Counted from the stretch's first letter, positions 51,721-62,178 are shown. The stretch is 64,000 nucleotides of DNA from Fusobacteriia bacterium UBA1095 (GCA_002313635.1 DCBY01000030.1:3368-67367), one strand, 5' to 3'. A program made the numbers and translations. Notes: generated from the letters alone by a model not told the origin.

Positions 51721-54099
51721 CATCTTTTCTATTGATGACCTACTCTCATTGACAATATCATCTATATTTTTAGTGTAGGAGATAGGTTTACCAAAGCTGA
51801 CCCTTACTTTACCTCTTTTAGGGAAGTTTGACCCTGGAGGCATAAGTTCAAAAGTTCCATCTATTCTTATTGGAACTACGTCTACTTCTGCCTCTTTTGC
51901 TATTCTGGCAAAGGTTTTTTTGAATTCCAGCAGTGATCCATCCCTAGACCTTGCTCCTTCAGGGAAGATGTTAACACTATTTCCTCCTTGCAGTGCAATC
52001 TTTATATTTTCTAGAGCTTCACCAACGTTTCTATCTACGTTGAATACTATAGTGTTACTACTTTCAGCAATGAATCTTGATAGGGGATTTTTCATCAGCT
52101 TATCTTTCCCTAGGCATAGGGTTGTTTCTGATTTTTCACCTAAAGCTATAGCTATAGCGTACCAGTCTAGAACACTTAGGTGGTTAGCAACCATTAGGAC
52201 AGGTCTGTTTGGTACGTTTTCAGCTCCTATTACTTTGACATCCATAAAGATAGATGAAACAAATCTAGCCACCTTCATAAATGTTCTATTAATCTTAACA
52301 TTACCTATATGCTTTTTAATCTTTTTCCCTAATGCTTTAACTTTTGATGTATTTGTTCTTATAAAAGAGACTATATCTTTAATTAAAGGATTTTTTGCTA
52401 AGTCTTCTAGCTCCATCTTTACACTGAATTTATTTTGAACAAATTCAATAAAATCTACTCTTCCTATTGAATCCATTGAGAGATCAAGCTCTATGTGTGA
52501 ATCAGGTGTTATCTGTTTATTAAAGTTACTTAAGAAAAATTCTTCAAGTGCAGCATACTCTTTGCTATTCATTTTTTTTGTCTGAGCTTCACTCTTTTTC
52601 TCTTTGCTTATAGTTGGTAAGAGAAACCTTTTTAATTTGCCTATTCTTGTTCTTGGAAGAGATTCACTAGTTACAATTACTTCTTTTATCTGTTGGTAGT
52701 CTGGTACTGATATGTTGTAGTCAGATATCTTATCTTTTATATTACTTGAAATATTAGATATGGAATTTGTTACTGCAAAGTCCAAATTTGGCTTAACAAC
52801 GCACTTTAGTGTTCCTCTATCTTCAAATAATCCTATCTCTTCTACAATACCAACCTTTTTTTCTATTTCGTCTTCTATAGTCTGAGGCCATATATTTTTC
52901 CCATTTGACAATACTATAACCTCTTTTTTTCTACCTTTGATGTATAAGAAGCCATCCTTATCAAATTCTCCTAAATCTCCTGTATAGAACCATCCATCCT
53001 TGAATTTTTCTGAAGTCTTTTTCGGATTTTTGTAGTAACCTTTAGAAACATTGGGACCTTTCACAACAATTTCACCATCTTCTATTTTTACTTTAACACC
53101 TGGCAATACTTTTCCTGCTGATCCAAATCTATTTTCTGCAATATTACTGTATGAGATTGCTGGAGATGCTTCTGTTGTTCCATACCCCATGAATAACTCT
53201 ATTGATAGGGCTGCCAAATCTCTTTGAACTTCCGGATCTAGACCTGCTCCACCACAGGTGGTGTGAACTAGATTACCTCCAAATTTGTTATACACTCTCC
53301 TAAATAGAGTTCTACTTAACCATCTATTATTACAAAATCTCGATATCTTAAATAGTGTTTTAGCCAATATGCTGGAGTTAACGTTTTGCATAAGTTTATT
53401 GTGCAGCATGTATGCAAATCTTGGTATAACAGCGAATATAGATACTTTATATTTTTGCAAAGTATTTGTTATTACTTCTGATGAAATTTTATCAGAGAGT
53501 ATCAATGTTAGTTGAAGATAGGGAGATATAACAGCCATTGCTAAAAATCCAGCTGAGTGAAACATAGGAACGAATGTATAGAAAGATGCGTATTTAGGCC
53601 AATCAAGTATTTTCACCATGGAATTAAGGTTAGATATTATGTTTTTCCTACTGAGCATAACACCTAAAGGTTTTCCAGAAGTACCAGAGGTATATATAAT
53701 TGCTCCTAGCTTGTCATCCTTTGGAAAAGATATATCTTCACTACCCTTCTCAAGCTCTAAGTCAAGCCTATCCACATTTATTACTTCTAGACCTTTACCT
53801 TCCACTAAATCTTTAGTCTTATCAGAGCAAAAAACCCTCTCTATTCCAGAGTTTTTTACTATATAATTTAGGTCATCACCTTTTGACATATAGTCCATCG
53901 GAACAGCTGCACAATCTTTTTTCCATAAGGCATAAAGAGAGAAGAGCCATTCTGGTCTATTCTCCATCAGGATACCTACCTTTGAATCACTCTTCTCTAT
54001 GACATTTGAATACGCCTGTATATAATCTAAAAACCTGGAATAGGTTATCTCTCTACCATCATGTACAAAAGCTATTCTATTGGATCTTAATATTTTCAT
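51694..54099 (-). CDS. tridomain acyl-AMP/CoA ligase – phosphopantetheine carrier domain – lysophospholipid acyltransferase (PlsC-like) fusion (801 aa)
   Basis: AMP-binding YTSGTSGKPLGV; carrier motif LDLSMDSIGRVDFIEF with conserved Ser; acyltransferase HxxxxD as NHLSVLD near the C-terminus. Confidence 0.8.
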   Translation of the reverse strand: MKILRSNRIAFVHDGREITYSRFLDYIQAYSNVIEKSDSKVGILMENRPEWLFSLYALWKKDCAAVPMDYMSKGDDLNYIVKNSGIERVFCSDKTKDLVEGKGLEVINVDRLDLELEKGSEDISFPKDDKLGAIIYTSGTSGKPLGVMLSRKNIISNLNSMVKILDWPKYASFYTFVPMFHSAGFLAMAVISPYLQLTLILSDKISSEVITNTLQKYKVSIFAVIPRFAYMLHNKLMQNVNSSILAKTLFKISRFCNNRWLSRTLFRRVYNKFGGNLVHTTCGGAGLDPEVQRDLAALSIELFMGYGTTEASPAISYSNIAENRFGSAGKVLPGVKVKIEDGEIVVKGPNVSKGYYKNPKKTSEKFKDGWFYTGDLGEFDKDGFLYIKGRKKEVIVLSNGKNIWPQTIEDEIEKKVGIVEEIGLFEDRGTLKCVVKPNLDFAVTNSISNISSNIKDKISDYNISVPDYQQIKEVIVTSESLPRTRIGKLKRFLLPTISKEKKSEAQTKKMNSKEYAALEEFFLSNFNKQITPDSHIELDLSMDSIGRVDFIEFVQNKFSVKMELEDLAKNPLIKDIVSFIRTNTSKVKALGKKIKKHIGNVKINRTFMKVARFVSSIFMDVKVIGAENVPNRPVLMVANHLSVLDWYAIAIALGEKSETTLCLGKDKLMKNPLSRFIAESSNTIVFNVDRNVGEALENIKIALQGGNSVNIFPEGARSRDGSLLEFKKTFARIAKEAEVDVVPIRIDGTFELMPPGSNFPKRGKVRVSFGKPISYTKNIDDIVNESRSSIEKMLDKADYNS

Positions 54100-54152
54100 C
54101 TGCTTTTCCTAATGAAAATTCTATCACAATAGGGGGGAACTATCAACTTGCA

Positions 54153-54872
54153 CTATTTCTTTCTCTTTCCATTGGTCATTATACGCAATATTGAAAGGAA
54201 AAGATTTATAAAGCTAAGGAACAGACTAAAAGCTCCAAATACAGCAAATCTATCAACCCTATCTTCTCCGTAAGAATCTGAAAGTGCTACCGCGAGTTGT
54301 TTTAGGGATTGGACTTTTACAGCTACCAAAGCTGTGAAAATAACCGCTCCAAAATACCCTATAATCATATCAAAAAACTCTAGCCTTAAGAATAAGTTTG
54401 TTATGTTAACAACTACTAAGAAGACAAGAGAAACTGCCAATACAGAGGTGAATTTAGATAAATCTTCACCTGTTAGGTAGCCATATATAGCAGATACACC
54501 GAATATACTGGATGTGGCCAAAAGTACAAAAAGTACAGTTCTAGGGTCAAATGCTATTAAAAATGTTAAAGATATACCTGTCAAAATACAGTAAGATATG
54601 TATGCTATTCTAACAGTATTTAATGAGCTCCTAACAGAAAAAGATAGAAAGAAGCTTATACCCAACATTACAAATAGTGAAATGACATGAAGGTTGTTCT
54701 TTAGAACGAACACTAGAGCGTTTGTGTTGTTTAATATTGTAAAAAGAACGCCTGCTGTTACCAAAATCCCTAACATCAACCATCCAAAAACCTTGTTTAT
54801 GAATCCAGAGACTACTCTAGATTCTATATATGTGTTTGAGTTTTTGTCGTACTTAAAGTTAAAACCGTTCAT
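54153..54872 (-). CDS. BAX inhibitor-1/YccA (TMBIM) family membrane protein
   Basis: 7-TM profile; N-terminus and family blocks (GFINKVFGWLMLGIL…). Confidence 0.75.
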   Translation of the reverse strand: MNGFNFKYDKNSNTYIESRVVSGFINKVFGWLMLGILVTAGVLFTILNNTNALVFVLKNNLHVISLFVMLGISFFLSFSVRSSLNTVRIAYISYCILTGISLTFLIAFDPRTVLFVLLATSSIFGVSAIYGYLTGEDLSKFTSVLAVSLVFLVVVNITNLFLRLEFFDMIIGYFGAVIFTALVAVKVQSLKQLAVALSDSYGEDRVDRFAVFGAFSLFLSFINLFLSILRIMTNGKRKK

Positions 54873-54936
54873 CCTAACCTCCTAATTGTTTTACAAAATT
54901 ATACTACTCTTTGTAAAACAATACAAATCTATGTAC

Positions 54937-56826
54937 TTAGATGATTATAGCTCCACTTCTGTCAATGTATGTTTTGATATCTTCAGCAGCTTCTTCAGTT
55001 AAGGAGCTAATCTCTTGTTCAGCAGTATCAAAGTACAATAATTTCTCACTGCCCTCTTTTCTTGAGATATAGTATGAATAGGAGTAGCTGCTAGGAGATT
55101 TAAATATCTCAACTTTGAAATCATCTCCTTCTATAGTTATTTGTTCTGAATTTCCTGTACCTTCCTTCTTTGCAGTAGCTGTTTCTAGGTTTATAAAGCT
55201 ATTATTCCAATATGCAATTCCATTCTTTTCTGCTGTACTTAGAGGAGCAACAGTTGACGTGCCACGGCCATCTAGGGCAATTATAGCACTTCTTATCGCT
55301 TGTAAAGCAATATTTCCTTGAGGAACATATTCTAATGTGCCGGAGTATTGTTGTACACCAGGCCCAGAGGATCTTGTAATTTGCTGCTGGTCTTCATCAA
55401 CAGAGATATAATTTAAATTACTGTAATTATTTTCTAATACAGATATCTGATAATCGTACTCTGAAGAATTACCTGTTTCTGTAGCTGATATTTCAGTTCC
55501 ACTTGAGCTATCTACACTTACGAATTTGACTCTGTTTGAAGAACCATCAACATACTTATGTTCAGCTACTTCAAATTGATGGATACTTCCATCAAATCCC
55601 TCTATTTCATTTATTAACGGTACTACTTCATCTGCATTGGGACTATAGAAGCTAAGCTCGTCAACAAAATTTTTGAATGCTTGCTCTATTATAGCTACAT
55701 TTCTATCTTGTTCAACTGGTGTATCTTGTGAGATATCTTTTTCTATACCTGTAAAATTATCCTCTTCAGGGGTATCTATATTAGGCTCGTCATCTGACAA
55801 TACAAATTTTTTGTTTATAAGGTAGACAAATCTGTTAGCTCCTAAGAGGTTAGCTTGATTTTGCTTTTCAAAGGCTAGATTAGGGTTGTATACCACCTGA
55901 TTTTCATTGCTACTTTTGATTTCGTAAGCTATCTGAAATATCGGTTCATCATTTTCACTAGCAACTTGCTCTATAATTAATCTTCTCTCTACCTTATTTT
56001 CATCTCCTACGTCATTGTAAGTTTGGCCCTCATGGGTGAAAGTTCCTTTACCAGTTCTAGGGGGTAACTTTATTATGGTTTGATTTTTGTTATTAGGATG
56101 AAAATATGCATTTTGATTTTCATCAAATGTAGGGTTTTCTATTCTTGAATGGTTAACTTTAGTTCCATTCAGGTATATATCACCATTGCTATCTATCTTT
56201 ATAACAGGCATTACTGCACTAATATCAGGATCAAATGAGCCTTTGATTGCATATACCATACTGTTTTTAGCTATGTTTTTTGAATCTCTGTAATAGAAAT
56301 CATCAGCTCCCCTTATACCAGACGTATGCATTGAAAGTATATCTAAAGAAGCGGTATCATTCACTCTTTCTTCTAGCTCATTTTCTGAATATGTGGTAGA
56401 AAAGCTATTTCTTGCTGGAACAACAAATGATCCACTCTGAGTTGTTGTGTTATCTAGAGAAGTGCTTGAAAAGAATAAAACATCTTCAGAGGCAGAGTTT
56501 GAAGAGTCTATGGTTCCACTGTTCTCTAATGCCTTTGTTAGAAACCCTCCTGAATAGAAACCTTCTCTTTCAAGTTCACTGTACTTTCTTATCTTCTGTG
56601 CATCTGTGTCGTCTTTTTGGAAATATAGTGGTGTAAGGTCACTATTTTCCTCAACGGACAGAAACATGTCTGAATTAACATTAGGGAAGACATTTCCAGA
56701 ATCACCTCTTATTGCTGTATATTCTGAAGTTGGCTTATACCACTCTAGTTGAGGAACTGTAGTTTGAGCGCCAGAAGATGCTCCCCCTGAGCAACCTAAC
56801 AGTGCTAAAAGAAATTGAATTATCAT
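54937..56826 (-). CDS. large hypothetical lipoprotein (LLGCSG), Asn/Ser/Thr-rich
   Basis: Lipobox; 629-aa ORF; no known motif. Confidence 0.55.
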   Translation of the reverse strand: MIIQFLLALLGCSGGASSGAQTTVPQLEWYKPTSEYTAIRGDSGNVFPNVNSDMFLSVEENSDLTPLYFQKDDTDAQKIRKYSELEREGFYSGGFLTKALENSGTIDSSNSASEDVLFFSSTSLDNTTTQSGSFVVPARNSFSTTYSENELEERVNDTASLDILSMHTSGIRGADDFYYRDSKNIAKNSMVYAIKGSFDPDISAVMPVIKIDSNGDIYLNGTKVNHSRIENPTFDENQNAYFHPNNKNQTIIKLPPRTGKGTFTHEGQTYNDVGDENKVERRLIIEQVASENDEPIFQIAYEIKSSNENQVVYNPNLAFEKQNQANLLGANRFVYLINKKFVLSDDEPNIDTPEEDNFTGIEKDISQDTPVEQDRNVAIIEQAFKNFVDELSFYSPNADEVVPLINEIEGFDGSIHQFEVAEHKYVDGSSNRVKFVSVDSSSGTEISATETGNSSEYDYQISVLENNYSNLNYISVDEDQQQITRSSGPGVQQYSGTLEYVPQGNIALQAIRSAIIALDGRGTSTVAPLSTAEKNGIAYWNNSFINLETATAKKEGTGNSEQITIEGDDFKVEIFKSPSSYSYSYYISRKEGSEKLLYFDTAEQEISSLTEEAAEDIKTYIDRSGAIII

Positions 56827-56893
56827 ATTTTCTCCCTTTTTATCTAAGTTTAACTTAATTATAGTGTCAAATACGGAGAAATCAAAATTTATT

Positions 56894-58660
56894 TCAATTA
56901 GAGCTTGTTATTAAATTTACTAAATCCTCAACTGTCATTTTACTGTTTTCCCCAGAAAGAGTCCTAACACTTAGTTCTTTATTGTCTCTCTCCTCTTCAC
57001 CTAAAATAATGTGCAGAGGTATTTTTTTCAGTGAAGCTCTCTTTATTTTTTGTGATACTCTATCTGATGAATTGTCAAAAAAGGCTCTTATGCCTTTGTC
57101 TTGCAGCCTTTCATACACTTCCTTAGCATACTTTTCACTCTTTTCAGATATAGTCATGATGCTAGCCTGCACTGGAGCAAGCCAAAGAGGGAGTTTTCCT
57201 TCATAGTGTTCAATTAATATGCCTATAAATCGCTCAACACTACCATATATTGCTCTGTGTATCATTATGGGTCTCTGTACTTCATTGTTACTATCTACGT
57301 ACTCTAACTCAAATCTATTAGGTAGATTAAAGTCTAACTGTATTGTGGAGCACTGCCATCTTCTTCCTATGGCATCTTTAACTTTGTAATCTATTTTTGG
57401 TCCATAGAAGGAACCATCTCCTTCATTAACTACGTATGATGTATTACTTTTCTCCAGAGCTCTCTTTAGAGCTTCTGTGGCATCTTCCCATATATCAATA
57501 CTTCCTATATATTTCTCTGGTCGAGTAGATAATTCTACTTCATATTGAAACCCAAACATGCTTAAAATTTCATCAACAAACTTTATAACCTTAATTATCT
57601 CTTGCTCTATCATCTCTTGTGAAAGGAAAATATGTGCATCATCCTGTGTGAACTCTCTCTGTCTCATTAGACCGTGAATTGTTCCACTTAGCTCCCTCCT
57701 AAATACATTACCTAGCTCAAACAATTTAATAGGAAGGTCTCTGTAAGATTTAGGGCTGTTTTTGTAAACCAAAACACTTCCTGGACAGTTCATAGGCTTT
57801 ACAAGAAGAGTTTCATCTTCAAATTCTGTGGAGTACATATTCTCTCTGTAGTTATCCCAATGTCCGGATTGTTGCCATAGCTCTCTGTTCATTATAGTAG
57901 GTGTTTTGATCTCTTTGTATCCCTTTTCTCTGTGTTTTTGTCTAGTTACCTCTTCAACTATTTTTCTTAACACCATGCCGTTAGGTAGCCAGAAAGTCGA
58001 TCCAAAAGATGCACTGTTGCTCATAAACAGTTCTAACTCTCTACCTAATTTTCTGTGATCCCTTTTTTCAACTTCTTTTATGAAGTTTAAGTACTCATTG
58101 AGTCTCTCTTTTGTATCAAAAGCGTACCCATATATTCTTTGAAGCATTTCATTATTTTTATCATTTTTCCAATAAGCGCCTGAGATGCTGATTAGCTTGA
58201 AAGCTCTTAAATATGATGTGTTAGGAACATGAGGCCCTCTACAGAGATCAACAAACTCTCCTTGTCTGTATATAGTTACAAAATCTTCCTCTATATCATC
58301 AAGAATTTTTAACTTATATTCTTCTCCCAGATTAGAGAAAAGAGATATAGCTTCTTTTTTAGATAATACTTCTCTCCTTATATCTAATTTTTTGTTTGCT
58401 ATGTTCTTCATCTCTTTCTCTACTTTTTTTAGGTCATCTTCACCCAAATGAACATTGCTAAAATCATAGTAGAATCCATTAGATGTTGCTGGACCTATTG
58501 CCTTTTGCACTCTAGGATAGAGGTTTTGCATAGCCTGTGCTAGTAGGTGAGCACAGCTATGCCTTACCACTTGAAGCCCCTCCTCAGAGCTGGCTAATAC
58601 TTCATCTCCGTCATTATCTATATCAACAATCTTTCCATCAATTTTTTTAGCTACTACCAT
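56894..58660 (-). CDS. thrS: threonyl-tRNA synthetase (N-terminally shortened, no full TGS domain)
   Basis: RHSCAHLLAQA editing-domain motif; class II motifs; anticodon-binding C-terminus. Confidence 0.95.
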   Translation of the reverse strand: MVVAKKIDGKIVDIDNDGDEVLASSEEGLQVVRHSCAHLLAQAMQNLYPRVQKAIGPATSNGFYYDFSNVHLGEDDLKKVEKEMKNIANKKLDIRREVLSKKEAISLFSNLGEEYKLKILDDIEEDFVTIYRQGEFVDLCRGPHVPNTSYLRAFKLISISGAYWKNDKNNEMLQRIYGYAFDTKERLNEYLNFIKEVEKRDHRKLGRELELFMSNSASFGSTFWLPNGMVLRKIVEEVTRQKHREKGYKEIKTPTIMNRELWQQSGHWDNYRENMYSTEFEDETLLVKPMNCPGSVLVYKNSPKSYRDLPIKLFELGNVFRRELSGTIHGLMRQREFTQDDAHIFLSQEMIEQEIIKVIKFVDEILSMFGFQYEVELSTRPEKYIGSIDIWEDATEALKRALEKSNTSYVVNEGDGSFYGPKIDYKVKDAIGRRWQCSTIQLDFNLPNRFELEYVDSNNEVQRPIMIHRAIYGSVERFIGILIEHYEGKLPLWLAPVQASIMTISEKSEKYAKEVYERLQDKGIRAFFDNSSDRVSQKIKRASLKKIPLHIILGEEERDNKELSVRTLSGENSKMTVEDLVNLITSSN

Positions 58661-58668
58661 TAAGCCTC

Positions 58669-61600
58669 CTATAGCCCAAATTTAACATTTTCAACTTTAT
58701 CTTCTCTTATATCCATACCAAATGCCTTCTCTGGGAATTCAGATATAGACAGCTCAAATCCAAACATCCAAACCAACTCTGACTCAGTGTCCCTAGCCTT
58801 TCCAAGTTTCATACTTAGTTTTGTACAGTGGATGTTATGATCCAATCTACCATATATCTTCTCTACTCTACTATCTGCTTTATTGTCTTTTATATGGAAT
58901 CCTGGCCACCACTCATAGTCTTCTCTTCCAAAACCTATCCTTACATCTAATTCTCTTGTGTCTTCGGTGTACTCACTTGAAATGTCTTCTCTCTTTTTAT
59001 TAATTTTGTAGCTTAGTTCAAAGAATGTTGAGTACTTCAAGAATAGGTCGATATTCACTCTTTTCCAAGAGGCCTGATAGTTTGGCCAACTTAACTTTGC
59101 TTCGTTTAGATATCCAGCATCGTGTACTATTTTACACTTAATGCCAATTTTTTTAAGGCCATCATCAACTCTCTCTCTCTTTTTTTCTCTACCTAAATCC
59201 ATTATATTTCTCTTAGATTTATTTTTGTTAATCTCTATGATTTTGTCTATGTCTTCTTCTTGGAAGGACTCAAAATCAAAGAAGTCACTCTCTAGTTCAT
59301 CAAAGTCGTCCTCATCCTCTTCTTCCTGAGTCATTATGACTTTCTTAATAGAGTTTCTATCTTCTACGGCCATTTCAAATCCTAGTGTAGAGTCTTTGAA
59401 TTCAGATGTTATTTCATCATACTCATTTCGGTAATTAGCATATATCTCATATTTCCTCTTAAGCCTTTCAAAGTCCTTTGTGAAACTCAATTCTACTCTA
59501 TTTTCTATTATGTTTGAGATATCTTTAATCTGAACTCTATCGTATCTGTGAGAAAGACTTCTCTCATACTTAGCGCCTAATCCCATAATATTAGCACCAA
59601 ACTTGTATTCATGTCTCTCAAATGTTGATCTTACAGTGTTTTTGTCAGAAATACTTCGGTTGTATCTCTTCTCATAGCTGTTTTTGAAGTCAACTTTTAG
59701 GTAATCCATATCAGAGCTGTACTCTTGTGAGAAGGTGTAGTTAGGATCACTATCTTCTACTTCCCAGGAACTATTGTTAATAATTCTAAATGTGAAAATT
59801 CTCTGTGACCCTATGTTTATGCTACCTTCATTGAGGAAGTTTTTGTTCTTCATAAATTTCTTTTTGGCATAGAAATCTCTATCCATACCAAATCTGTAGT
59901 TACTTCCTATGTTGCCCATGTTTAATTGGAAAAGAGAGGAGTAATTATTTCTGTTAGTAGGCTCTTTCTGATCTTTTGGGAAATCTCCTACGAAGTATGA
60001 AAGCTTAAGACTAGGTGTTACTGTCAGGTTTAAGTCTACACTTCTATTTACAACTTTAGAGTTATCGATAGCGTAGATCGGTACTGCTACTGCAAAATTG
60101 TGAATTAGTGAATCAAAAAATTTACTGTAGCCTTCAAGTTCCTCTTTTGATTCCAAATATTTCCTTAAATCTATTCTGTACCTTGGATCTATTTTCAGGA
60201 TCTCTCCTAGGAATATTCCGGTATGTCCTATCTCTGCACTACTATCTATATATGCCTCTTTTTCTCTCTTAATAATGTTAGACTCTCTATTTTCGTAGTC
60301 AGTCTCAGGATCTATTGAAGGATCTGGAACATCAAAAGATCTTGATAGGCTAGACACTCTCTCTATGCTGTAAGAGTGTGTGAATTTAGTTCCAAACAAT
60401 GAGTATCTACCTAGCTCAAAGCTAGCCCTATTTTTGGAGCTGTCGCTTGATACATAGTTAGATTTCTCTACATCAAGGGAAGAGCTTCTGCTACTCCAGA
60501 GATCTTTGAAGCTGTCTTCATACTCTAACTTTACACCTAGCCTTCTAAACTCTATGCCTACAAAGTCTCTTCTATCTTCTTTAGATTTACCAGATCTTCC
60601 TTTTTCAGGTCTTATATCCCTGCTTCTCTTTCTCTCATAACCAAATTTGTGATACCTGCCATCACTGTGTGTAAGTTGTAGGTGATTCTCTATTCTGGTA
60701 TCTATTTCTGCACTTTCTTCTAATACGCTCTCTTCAATTTCGTCATCTAATTTTTTTGTCAAATTTTCTAAAACTCTCTTCTCAGCAATGATGCCTAGGT
60801 ATCTGTATTTAACATCTAGCATCTTCCATACTTTTTGATCTATGTTTATATCTACTTGTGTATATTTCTCTTTTGTACCTAAAACCGAGTAGTTACCTTG
60901 AGAGTCTTTTATAAGGTCGGAATCTGTAACTTTTAGGTCAAGTTTGGATTTTGAAGGACCTAAGACATGGGTATCTTTCAATTCAAATAGGTAGCCCTCA
61001 TCTATGACAAGCTCATTTACTGTTTCAAATTTGTAACTACTTCCACTACTTGACCTGTTTTTAATCTCAACAGGGGAGGTATTTTCAAAGTTACTATCAA
61101 TTCTCTCTGTCTTAGCTTTCACCCAATCTTTTATCTGTAAGAAACCTTTGAAATTTTTATTTTTCATCATAGAGTAGCTAGTTCTTAGCTTGTTAACCCC
61201 AAGACCTCTATTTGCACTGTATTCTAGGTTTAGAAGAAAATCTAAATTTACATTTGGTATTCCTAATACCTCTTCGTCTTTGTATACTTGGTAGTCAAAT
61301 CCATAGATTACCATTGTCCCCTTAGCTTCATCGTAAGTTATTGTGGGGAAGAGAGGCGCTCTATCTTCTTTTTCAACTACATATGAGGCATATATAGGAA
61401 CGGGGAACAGCTTGAAATTCTTACCTATGTATATCCAGCCTCTGTATGCTACAAACTTTGCATCTGGATAGAAGTCAACGCTATCTGCCTCTATCCTGAA
61501 GTGCGGTTCATCTAGATCACATGTTGTGACATATGCCTTCTTTGCTTTTAGGATATCTGGAAATTTTGCCTCTATGTTATCAGCTTTTAGGTGAAACTTA

Positions 61601-61923
61601 TTAAGTTCAGTCCTACCATCGGTAACTTTGGCAATCTTGTTTTCTAAATCTAACTCCAAATGCTTGGCAAAAACACGATAGCTGTCCTGAAAAAAACCAA
61701 TATCGCCTTCTGCTATTATCTTATTCTCTTGTTCTACCCTTCTTATCTTTTTAGCCTGAACTGTTATGTTTTCATAGGAAACTTCACTTTTCCCCTCTGC
61801 TTTAAAGGACTCATCAACTAAGTCAATCTCAACGTTCTTGGACCTTCCGTCTATCAAATAATTTTTGCTCTCTTCACTGTTTACAGAGCTGAACATTAAA
61901 AAGAAAAGAAATAGAAAAAACAA
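58669..61923 (-). CDS. lptD: LPS-assembly protein LptD/OstA-like outer-membrane protein (1084 aa)
   Basis: Signal peptide; OstA N-domain (…FFQDSYRVFAKHLELDLENKIAKVTDG…) with TTCD Cys motif; long beta-rich C-terminal region. Confidence 0.6.
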   Translation of the reverse strand: MFFLFLFFLMFSSVNSEESKNYLIDGRSKNVEIDLVDESFKAEGKSEVSYENITVQAKKIRRVEQENKIIAEGDIGFFQDSYRVFAKHLELDLENKIAKVTDGRTELNKFHLKADNIEAKFPDILKAKKAYVTTCDLDEPHFRIEADSVDFYPDAKFVAYRGWIYIGKNFKLFPVPIYASYVVEKEDRAPLFPTITYDEAKGTMVIYGFDYQVYKDEEVLGIPNVNLDFLLNLEYSANRGLGVNKLRTSYSMMKNKNFKGFLQIKDWVKAKTERIDSNFENTSPVEIKNRSSSGSSYKFETVNELVIDEGYLFELKDTHVLGPSKSKLDLKVTDSDLIKDSQGNYSVLGTKEKYTQVDINIDQKVWKMLDVKYRYLGIIAEKRVLENLTKKLDDEIEESVLEESAEIDTRIENHLQLTHSDGRYHKFGYERKRSRDIRPEKGRSGKSKEDRRDFVGIEFRRLGVKLEYEDSFKDLWSSRSSSLDVEKSNYVSSDSSKNRASFELGRYSLFGTKFTHSYSIERVSSLSRSFDVPDPSIDPETDYENRESNIIKREKEAYIDSSAEIGHTGIFLGEILKIDPRYRIDLRKYLESKEELEGYSKFFDSLIHNFAVAVPIYAIDNSKVVNRSVDLNLTVTPSLKLSYFVGDFPKDQKEPTNRNNYSSLFQLNMGNIGSNYRFGMDRDFYAKKKFMKNKNFLNEGSINIGSQRIFTFRIINNSSWEVEDSDPNYTFSQEYSSDMDYLKVDFKNSYEKRYNRSISDKNTVRSTFERHEYKFGANIMGLGAKYERSLSHRYDRVQIKDISNIIENRVELSFTKDFERLKRKYEIYANYRNEYDEITSEFKDSTLGFEMAVEDRNSIKKVIMTQEEEDEDDFDELESDFFDFESFQEEDIDKIIEINKNKSKRNIMDLGREKKRERVDDGLKKIGIKCKIVHDAGYLNEAKLSWPNYQASWKRVNIDLFLKYSTFFELSYKINKKREDISSEYTEDTRELDVRIGFGREDYEWWPGFHIKDNKADSRVEKIYGRLDHNIHCTKLSMKLGKARDTESELVWMFGFELSISEFPEKAFGMDIREDKVENVKFGL

Positions 61924-62090
61924 CTTAACCCCTTTTTGATGAAATTATATCATATAAACTAGTATTAGCTTATAGAATCAAAAAAATGTTTTTTTTGAAA
62001 ATTAACTTTCTAAGTGAAAACTAGTGCTGATTTGAACCCCTTTTTTCGACTAGACAACAATGGAATCTATGTTTATAATTTTCTTAACAA

Positions 62091-62138
62091 GTACAATATC
62101 TAGTACCTGAAGTTGAAGATCGGTACAATATATGTATG
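62091..62138. promoter_or_regulatory. two NrdR-box-like palindromes (gtaCaAtATcTaGtac and gtaCaAtATaTgtatg) 32 bp apart
   Basis: Match to the NrdR consensus acaCwAtATaTwGtgt with the typical tandem ~3-helical-turn spacing, ~45 nt upstream of the RNR start. Confidence 0.45.
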
Positions 62139-62178
62139 TTAGTTGGAGTTTTTTCACTTTGGATTTTGAGGAGTAAAA

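Noticed and set aside
51920-53866. Plus-strand ORFs 51920-52438, 53285-53515 and 53618-53866
   Set aside because: Antisense to the acyl-ligase/acyltransferase fusion gene.
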